Source of the DNA: Ptychomitrium polyphyllum
Taxonomy: Eukaryota
DNA: 64,000 nucleotides
Direction of reading: 5' to 3'
Assembly (NCBI GenBank): GCA_973851085.1
Contig: OZ316775.1
Coordinates: 15,438,001-15,502,000, forward strand
Below are positions 54,601 to 64,000 of the stretch, piece by piece. Positions within the stretch are counted from its first letter, which is position 1. Each line of letters starts with the position of its first letter. The notes under the pieces are model-generated. The model had not been told where the DNA came from. It made no database searches and saw only the letters and a program-made list of their open reading frames with translations. The position numbers and the translations under genes are program-made.

Positions 54601-57465
54601 GCCATACTAATGCCCCTGCAGTCTTCTAAAATATGATGAATGATATCTTCCATGAACATTTGAATGATTTTATAGTCATCTATTTGGAAGATATTTTGAT
54701 ATATTCAAAGGATGAACAAAACCATAAATATCATGTGCGACTTGTTTTAGAAAAATTACGCCAGTGAGGATTATATGCCAAATTGGAGAAGTGCGTTTTC
54801 CATGAATCTTCGGTTGAATTTTTAAGCTATATCATTTCCAAAGGAAGAATCCATATGGATAAGAAGAAAATAAGCATTGTCATGTAGTGGAGTACGCTAA
54901 GATCAGTTCGAAATATTTAATGCTTCTTAGAATTTGCAAACTTCTACAGAATTTTCATCAAGGATTATTCCAAGATTGCAGCACCATTAACACATCTTAT
55001 GGAGAAGCAAAAATTCATTTGAAATGAAGAGGCGGAAAAAACATTTCAAAGTCTTATGAAGTCATTTATTTTGGCTCCAATCTTTATTCATCCAAATCCA
55101 TCAAAGCCTTTTTATTTAGAAGCAGATGCCTCAAATTTTGCGCTTCACTTAGTACTCTCACAATATGATGAAGATGAGAGACTTCACCCTCTTGCCTTTT
55201 GTTCAAGGAAGTTCTCAGTGGCAGAGATCAACTATAATATACATGATTAAAAACTACTTGCAATTGTGGATGCGTTTGAAGAATGGTGACACTTGTTGAA
55301 AGGAGCTCAACATACCATCACAATACACACAAATCACAAGAACTTGGAGTATTTCATGAGTACGCACGTTTTGAATCGCCGTCAATCAAGGTGGAGTATG
55401 TCGCTTTCCAGATTTGACTTTATCATTACCTATCGACCTAGTAGCTTACAAGGTAAACCAGATGCCTTATCTCAAAGATCTTATTTTGCTCCTCAACCTA
55501 GAGATGATGTTTTGAATCAACAAAGGACTATTTTATTGAAGCTAGAGAATCTTCAATTGAAAGCAGCGATTATGACGACAACATTCCATCTTGACAAAAT
55601 TTGGAAGGCTTTGAAGAATGATGTCTTTGTTTCAAATATAAGAAAGTGCTTCAAAAACAATGGACATTTTTCAAATAATAATAAAGACTTTGAATTCCAA
55701 GAAGGCCTATTTTATTATAAAGGATTTTTGTACTTACCTCCAGGTCCTTTGTGGTTGAAGATCCTTCAAGCACGTCATGATTTTCCAGCAGTAAGACATT
55801 TTGGATTCAATAAAACAATGGAATTGATTGTTAGAGACTATTGGTGGCCACAAATCTAAAAATACGTGAAGGACTTTGTTTGATCATGCAACACTTGTGC
55901 AAGTGCCAAGATACCAAGACACCAATCTCATGGTCTCCTCCATCCGCTTCCAGTGCCAAAGGGCCCATGGTTGTCTTTGTCAATGGATTTTATCACGGAC
56001 CTTCTAAACTTCAATTCTAAAGATTTTATTTTAATAGTGGTGGATCAATTTACCAAAATGGCACATTTCATTCTATGCAACAAGACGATAATGGGAGAAA
56101 AAACTGCCAAGTTGTTCCTAAATCACGTCTATCGCATACATGCACTATCAGATGATATTGTATCCAATCGAGGGCCGCAGTTCATTTCCAACTTTTGGAG
56201 GGCTCTATTCCAGCTAATGCACGTAAAGATCATCTTTTCTTAGCACACCATCCGCAAATTGATGGTCAAACCAAACATGTAAATCAAATTTTGGAGCAGT
56301 ACCTTTGTTGTAGCATAAACTAGCAGCAAGACAACTAGATGGATCTCTTGCCTTTGGCAGAGTTTGCTTACAATTATATGCTGCATTCTTCAATAATTCA
56401 AAGTCCATTCTTTGCAAACTATGGCTAACATTTTCAAGCAGATTCATTTCAAGTGAAGCATATTGGAAGTCCTACAATAGTGGATTTTGCAATTCAACTT
56501 GCTAAAATCCATCAAGAAATTACCTTCCAATTACAACAAGCTTAAGATGGTTACAAAACTTATGCAGATTGCTATTGGAAGGACCATCTAAAGTTCAAGG
56601 TTGGAGATAGCATATGGCTCCTATAACAAAATATATAAACAAAAAGACCACCAAAGAAGTTGGACTATTAAAGGTTGCGACCGTTTGAAATCAATAAGCA
56701 GATAAATCCGGTTAGTTATTGCCTAAAGCTACTACCAAACATGCAAATTCATCTAATATTCCACGTATTGTTGTAGAAATATAACAAACAAGCCAAGAAA
56801 AGAGCTCCTCATGGAACTTGTCGTTAAATGGGGACGTGATGTCACAAACATAGATCATGCAACATAGTCCTTAGAACATTCTAGAACCTTCTAGTATATT
56901 ATAATAACTTCTTATAATACTTTTAAATGTCTCCATAGCCTTTCCATGTTTTTAGAAAGCTTCTATGGACAGTTCCTCCATTTTAGGAAATTTTCTAGGA
57001 AACTTCCTGAAAAGATTCCATCATCTCAGGTAATTTCTTAAGAAACTTCCTACAAAGATTCTATCACCTTAGAAAACTTCCTAGGAAAATTCTACCACCA
57101 CAGGAAACTTCTTATGAAGGTTTTACCTCTTTAGGAAACCTCCAATGAAGGTTTCAACTCCTTGGAAGCTTCTTAGGAAGATTCCAACATCTTAGGAAAC
57201 TTCTTGGAAAGGTTCTTTAGACTTCTAGAACATTCTTAAGCCTTGTAGGAAGCTTTTTTAGAAGTATCCTAGAAGATACAAACGTCATAGTATAAATAGA
57301 AGGCTAGACAAGGTATTCTTTAGTCTTGTCAATACAAATTATGGATCATCTTGAATCTTGTCTTGATTTAGTCTTTGTACCAAGTTCTTATTAATCATTA
57401 GCTCTTTGGAAGCTAATTCTTGGGAAACACTTTGTTTTTGCTTCTTGTTTCTTGTGTTTCTAACA
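51636..57465 (+). mobile_element. Decayed family-B chromovirus (element D); LTRs 51636-52311 and 56840-57465; chromodomain and most of ORF3 deleted
   Basis: Perfect TSD TTAAT at 51631-51635 and 57466-57470. gag/pol are collinear with B but carry many C>T and G>A stops. Confidence 0.95.
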
Positions 57466-60400
57466 TTAATTGCAATCTTAATAAGTTGTATTTGGTGTTT
57501 GTTTTAACTTCTTGTCATAATCTTACATTTAGATTCTATAAGAAAAAAATTATAACATAAAAGTGCCTATATAAGTTTTTATTGTGCTATTAGGATTACA
57601 TTTCTCTTGAACGTTGTAGTGAATACAAATTAAAAAATATGATGTGATCTAGGAAAAATATGTGTTATTATATCTTCATCAATAGTTCCAAATAATTGGC
57701 AAAATTTTGTATTTTAAAATAGTGATATCTTTATAATGAACAAATAAGATCTACAACCAATTGAAAAATGTTTCATAAAGTTACTACTTTTATTAGAATG
57801 TATATAATACAATAAAAAGAAGTAACACTAAATATTTGCACAAACAACTTATAACTAAATGTATTTAATTTTTATAATACAACCTACTATGATAATATAA
57901 ATGGCTATTTAAAATCTAACAAATCCATAAAAGATGAATATTGAGAATTCATTGCTAATTGACATGCAATAATTCTTTTAATAATTAGAAGTTGTTGAAG
58001 GCATTAAAAGTGAAAATTCTACTAATATGGCTATAAATACAATCACAAGAATGTTAAACATTTGGAAATCAAATTTTTACTAAAAAATTTTGTATTTAAA
58101 AAGATTTAGAATTAAAAATAAGATTGTATGAGTGAATAAGTTAAAATCACTTTGTAGTTATTTAGAGGAGAGATGCTTGCTAACACTTAATTCTAACATA
58201 ATTAATACTAATTATGTTTTAATAAAAGTAAAAGTAGTACAAATACAAGCCCTAGTTGCTATAAACTATGCTTGCTAGGTGCAAGCCTTTTAAAAAAATT
58301 TATTAAATTTGGGGAATTTTAAATGCAATAGCAAGAGCATTTTTGAATCATTGGCTATTAAAATCACAAATTGGCCATGCCTAAGTAAATACTTAAATCC
58401 TTGACACATTCTAATGATATGCACCTTGTGTGACTCAATGCTTATTAAAGCTATGGAAGAAAAAAAAATTTAATTTAAAAAAAAAAATTAATTAATTAAT
58501 TTTTTTTAAATTAAAAAATTAAAATAAATAAATTTATCAAAGTCAAATTGTTTTCAAGTAAAAAAAACTTCACTGAAAAGAAAGAACAAAAGATATTATA
58601 TAATCATTTATGCAAAAATGAACAAAAGACATTATATAATCATTTATTCAAAAATGATGCGCATTGCAGCTTTTTAAAGCATTCAAATAACATAAAGTAT
58701 TTTTAAAAAGTGAATAAAATATTTGTACCATCTTTGTATAAGTTGTTTTATTTGTTGATTTACAATTTTTGCTTAATAAAGATGAAACTTCATATAATTT
58801 TGACTTACAATAATGTTTTTAAAGATAAAAAACAAAACTACATTGTTGATAATAGACGACTATCTTTTTTTGGTTATGTATGATTATGTAATCAATTCTA
58901 ATATCTTATAGAAAGCTTTGATATTCCTTGGTCATTTCATGCTAAATCTCATATTCTTATCAATTTCAATTATGATGTGCACATATAATAGTTTCTACTT
59001 ACATTAATTTTTAACATGATTACATTTGAAGGCATTTAATTTTGCTAATCAAAGCTCTATAAAGCCATAATTAATGGCCTTTTTCTTAACAATATTTCAT
59101 TTAAATAGTTGCATTTAAAACATTTATATGATTTGCTTACAAATATGAGATGCTTGTAAAATTTATTATAAGAGCTTTACAATATGTTAAAAAAAATAAA
59201 TTCTATAATAGATTATTTTATTATAAATTTATAAAGCCAAATTAGTTTTTATTTTAAGGATATATATATGTATAACACAAATAGGTAGTGATTACCTTAT
59301 GTGAAGTGTTAGTTTTAGATATTGACCTTTTAGGCCTTTTCTTTCTAATCAAGGTACCTTGTTATCTTCTTCACCTCTCATACAATTCTTCTTATAGACT
59401 TCAATATGCAAGTAATGAAATTGTTCCCATGCACTTGATTATGATGCAATTTAAAAAGAACAAACTATAGACATGTATCAATTTGAAAGAATGTTTTGAT
59501 TTTGTTGTAAAGTATAATAAAAAGTTGATGGAACATTCTATTTAAAATAAATATTTTGGAATCACAATAACATCTTAACTTCTCAAAAAAATTATTCTAA
59601 ATTATTTTATTATTATTTCATTTACAGTGAAAGCAATTACCGGCGCAGCATAACGAAAGGTGGGCGAGAAAGTAAAAGTCTTTGAATTCTATCGTAGATC
59701 GGGCGCCTGTTCGTAGCAATACAGTCCTACGACGTATGAAGAGCCCGACCGTATGCGACATCACCGCCAGCAACAACACGTAAAACCACTCAAGTCACCG
59801 AACCACTCGGGCAGCGGCTGCTCATCGTGCACACTGCCCCACACAAGATTCTACACAGGAAAGGTCAGGCCCCTTTCACCATGGAATTAACCTCCTCCTA
59901 CACAAAAATTAACCTAGCTATCACACTAGTACAACCATAACATCACCACGTTGTCATAGGGTACCAAAGCAGTATATCCAGATTTATCACATGTACAATC
60001 GCGATACCAGCATGTTCCCACAGGTTATCACACAAACATCCCGGATATAAGGCTGGTGTACGAGGCAGGTATGGTATCTTTAGAATGTTCTATCATCATT
60101 CTCGGAATACCTTCCTACTCGAGGCGCCTGATTGCGGTGGGTGGATTACGAAAGACTCCGACCGGGATCGAAAAAGGAAAAGCTCTTGAGGGTTGATAAC
60201 CGGGTACATTTCAGGGTATTGGCAAGGCCAGGTCCGGCCGGCGCGCTGGGTTGCTGCGAGTCGTCATGCTCGCAGGGCTGCTGTTGCTTCGCTTTCACCG
60301 CATCCGTGCTGCTACGCCATAGCTCTCGCGACGTGGGGCTGCTCGATCCTCATTCCTGCACGAATTCTGCATCTTCCGCTCTTGGTGAGCACGTTTACAG

Positions 60401-60744
60401 CGTCTTCTGGGGTGGGGGGATGCGGTTATGGGACCATGGGGGATGGTGTGGGAGGGCAGGAGTTCGTTTTCTTTCGTTGTGATTGAGTTTCCCAAGTTGG
60501 GATTTGTGCATTGGTGATGTGGTGGCGGGTTGCGAGTTGGGTTTTTGTTTCACTTTTGGGGTGGGAGTGAGTGGCGGGTGTGGGGGGTTTTTCCTTGTTG
60601 TGTGGATGTTTTTGCTATATAGCAGAAGGCTTTAGGGTTTGCTTTCATGGTGGATTGTGGGGTCTGATGGTTGTTAGCGCAGTTTCGCGGTGGTTTTGTG
60701 GAGGGGCTTGACGTGTGGCGGAGGTTCGACCGCGGCTCGGCGTA

Positions 60745-60763
60745 GAGAGAGAGAGAGAGAGAG
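60745..60763. repeat. (AG)n microsatellite upstream of the ARL8 ATG
   Basis: Seen directly. Confidence 0.9.
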
Positions 60764-60808
60764 TCGGAATTGCAGTGAATTTGGGGCAGAAGGTGTGGGA
60801 TTGCGAAG

Positions 60809-62573
60809 ATGATGGGAATATGGGATTCGTTCCTCAATTGGCTTCGAAGGTATGTGGTTATGCTCGGTTTTGGTGTTAATGCCAGGAATTCCCCGATTTG
60901 GGCATGCTTTAGGGTTTTAGATTGGTGAGACCACTGGCTGATAGGGAAAGTGAAATTTTAAAAGTGCTTTTGATTTGAGGTGTATGGATTTTAAAGTGGA
61001 TTGCAATAATGTACAAAGTTCCAAGCTAGATTTAATTAATTTGGGGAAAGCTTGGGCAGCCTGTTTTTCAAGCAAGAGATGGAGTTGTCGCTGATAGGTC
61101 TGCAGAATGCAGGGAAAACATCGCTTGTCAACGTCATTGCGGTAGGTTATTCTCACTTTCGTAGGTTTGTACTGTAGGTTACGTGCCAATCCACAAGGCA
61201 TAAGCGGTGTTTTGCAAAAAATCAGTTTTCCGTATGTAGTTTTCTTTAAAATTTGTCGAACAGAGGATTATTTTTCTTTGATATTGTGTTATATGGCAAG
61301 TGCAACGTATTATGATATTAAGGAATGCTAATCCTAGATAAGCAGAGAATTGTTTCTTTACCGAAGTCAATTATATCAGTGAACTAACTGCCAGAGATTG
61401 AGGCTGAGTGTAAGTTTTTTGAAATTTATATTAGGTTATAGATTCATGTACCCTGAGAGTCTGTCATTAGTTGGTTTGATGTTGTGCTGATTTCTGTTTT
61501 GTTTTGTTTCTGTGCTCTTATTTCAGACGGGCGGTTACAGCGAAGATATGATTCCCACTGTAAGTGTTTTGATGTTGTTTTCAAAATTTTGCATGATAGG
61601 CTGCAGATGGCAGAGGACATCTAATGGTTTATTGTTGATGGACTTTGTAAGAACAGCACATTTTGTTCAATAATCATGCAGTGGAATTTTGAGCTATTCA
61701 GTCAAATTGAAATTCGACTTCAGATGTGTTTGCGATATTCTCCGACATTTACAATTCTACATCTGATTTCTTGTTCTGATCTCTGTTTATAGGTGGGATT
61801 CAATATGCGTAAGGTTTCAAAAGGCAATGTGACGATCAAACTGTGGGACTTGGGCGGTCAACCTCGTTTTCGTAGCATGTGGGAGCGGTATTGCCGGGGG
61901 GTGTCGGCCATTGTGTAAGCGCTTTGTACATTTTTCGTTTTCTGCACTGGTTTCTGGTACAATGTTGCGTATATTTGTCTTATCATACCCCTGATTCCCA
62001 CTTATAAACCCTCTCAGAGAGTACTGGTTTCTTGTTCGAGAGCCTCGAGGATGAAATTATCATGCTGAGGTTGGCTGTGTTGGGTGGCATGGCAGCTATG
62101 TGGTTGACGCTGCAGACAAGGACAATGTTGCAATCTCTAAAAATGAGCTGCATGATCTGCTGAATAAGCCCTCTCTTCATGGTATTCCACTGCTTGTGCT
62201 CGGTAACAAAATCGATAAGCCTGAGGCGATCTCAAAGCAAGCTCTTATTGATCAAATGTGTGTTTTCTTACTCTTTAAATTTCATTGTTAAAGACTATGT
62301 AAAAGACAAAGCAGGAATGTAGTGAATATGACTATGGAAGATGTAGTTGTAGGTTATTAGTGATGATGGACTAGTTCTCAATGTACTTGAAATGTGTAGT
62401 GCTTGGTAATGTTGTTGCTGATGTGTGCTCGTTGGTGGCTTTGTGAACACAGGGGTTTATCAGGATTGAGTGACAGGGAGGTGGCATGCTATACTATTTC
62501 ATGCAAAAACTCAACCAACATTGACATTGTTATTGACTGGCTTGTGAAGCACTCAAAGACTGCCAAGAGTTGA
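60809..62573 (+). CDS. ARL8: ADP-ribosylation factor-like GTPase 8, 186 aa, 6 exons: 60809-60849, 61060-61141, 61527-61559, 61793-61914, 62096-62257, 62453-62573
   Basis: [58 protein letters not shown] and ISCK. The GT-AG introns give a 561-nt frame. Confidence 0.96.
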
Positions 62574-62849
62574 TCGAAATTGCATCAATTAGAATGCTTT
62601 CTACCTTTCAGGAGTTGTAGCCACAAGCTTGAATTATCCGTTAATGTGTCATATGTTCAAGGTTGTAATCAAATTGTGATTAGTTATAGTAAGGAGGTTT
62701 CAGAGAAAAGGTAATTTTATGCACCTTTTTTTGTAGAGCTACAGAGAATCTTTTAGCAAATTTAGGGAAGCATAGTTTCTATTCAGATTCTTTTGTCTGG
62801 TTAGTGATGGCCTTGTGTATACAATTCCACGTTCATCAAATAGGTTTGT

Positions 62850-64000
62850 ATGTATACGTTGATAATCTAGTCGCCTTGAAGTTCACATGCTGACTTGTCT
62901 CTTTGTCTTCCTCTTGGAATAAAGACTTGCATGGCAAGGTTCCACTTACTAAATCGTCTTGGGACATGGGGTTTCTGGAAGTGGAAGTACACAGACGCAA
63001 GCACTCTGAGAGTTGCAGGACCCACTTTCAATGGGCTTATCAGCGTACAGAGTGGATCTCCAAACTGTCGTCATGGAATCTTTCTGGTTGATTGTGACTT
63101 GCATTCAGAACTAAGTATTTTCATGTCCAGGAAGAGCATGACATGTTCCTAATATGGGGACCTACTCGTTCTTTACATAGGGGCCCGGGATTAATAGGGA
63201 GATAAGCTTACTCCTTAATCAACTAATGATGTCTCAAGAAGTGGAGTGCACAAATTGGTGAAGTGAACTGGAGAACCGTTGCTGTAACAGACTTGGGCAG
63301 CGGGATGACAGCCGACCCCGTGAGAAACGATAGCAAGTAGTACTCTACTGTTTCTTTTAGCAGCTGTTTCTCAACGAAAAAATCTTATTCTAACCTTGAG
63401 TTGAAAATACTGATCATTGGTATGTCCAAAGCTTGTGGATTGCGATCTTTACAATGATCATGACTTGATATGGTGACCATTGACCGTTGGCATGGTGACC
63501 AAACTGCCTTTGTTCGAGATCCCTGCGGGCTCAGTTTGTTTGGCTTTATGCTTCCACCTCCTGCCTTCGCACTTGGGGTTCTTGACATTCGAATCAGACT
63601 TTCTTGAATGAATCTCTTCGAATCACCGTGCTCTACTGTTTCAAAACTTCAAGAAGTGTTTAGTTGCAGCGTCCACGTTTAGTAGATACTTTTCAACACA
63701 ATAATCCCGCTTTCTAGCGAGTTTGTGGAGTGCTTTCATACCGCTCCACCACAGGTCGTCCGTAGGTGAGATATAGTTGACCTGGATTGCTTGTATGTCG
63801 CAGTCAAAAAAATTGAAGGGCGAAGGTTTACAAATTTTGGTTTCATGCAAAAAAAGCTGTTGCTCAATCTCCTTTTCTGCACTCGAAATTGGCTCCTAAG
63901 TAAGAAGATGGTTCTACACATGACAGGGATCCTGGATGGTTGTTCGCACATTCGTCCTTAGCTGTTTCAAATTTTAAATTCATTGGAAGACGAGTTCTGG
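62850..64000 (-). pseudogene. Possible decayed coding sequence of unknown family
   Basis: Gene-like GC content and several short Ser/Glu/Lys-rich open stretches in shifting frames. No recognisable motif. Confidence 0.25.

Noticed and set aside
60132..60495. Overlapping ORFs upstream of ARL8
   Set aside because: No recognisable protein; the composition fits a promoter or 5' UTR. uORF function cannot be judged without a TSS.

Overview
Land-plant nuclear DNA, most likely a moss such as Physcomitrium (inferred from intron style and Tcn1-like chromoviruses). The left 13 kb is gene-dense: BUD13 (minus, runs off the window), a 3-exon CMC2 gene ending only 79 nt upstream of it, a divergent 15-exon organellar tryptophanyl-tRNA synthetase, an intronless OTU2/YOD1 pseudogene, and a 4-exon gene joining a phytochrome-like PAS domain to a pseudo-receiver domain. 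After an AT-rich stretch (13.3-25.2 kb), a 23.8-kb nest of Ty3/Gypsy elements (25246-49022) lies inside one solo LTR. It holds a three-LTR tandem element, a younger full-length chromovirus, and five solo-LTR-like inserts. A second decayed chromovirus (51636-57465) and a 6-exon ARL8 gene follow. Main leads: a conserved extra ORF after pol in two chromovirus families, coupled by TGATG in the young element; a tRNA-independent self-priming PBS; heat-shock elements in the LTRs; the PAS/pseudo-receiver protein; and a possible CMC2-BUD13 bicistronic transcript. All family assignments are by eye from remembered motifs; no searches were run.
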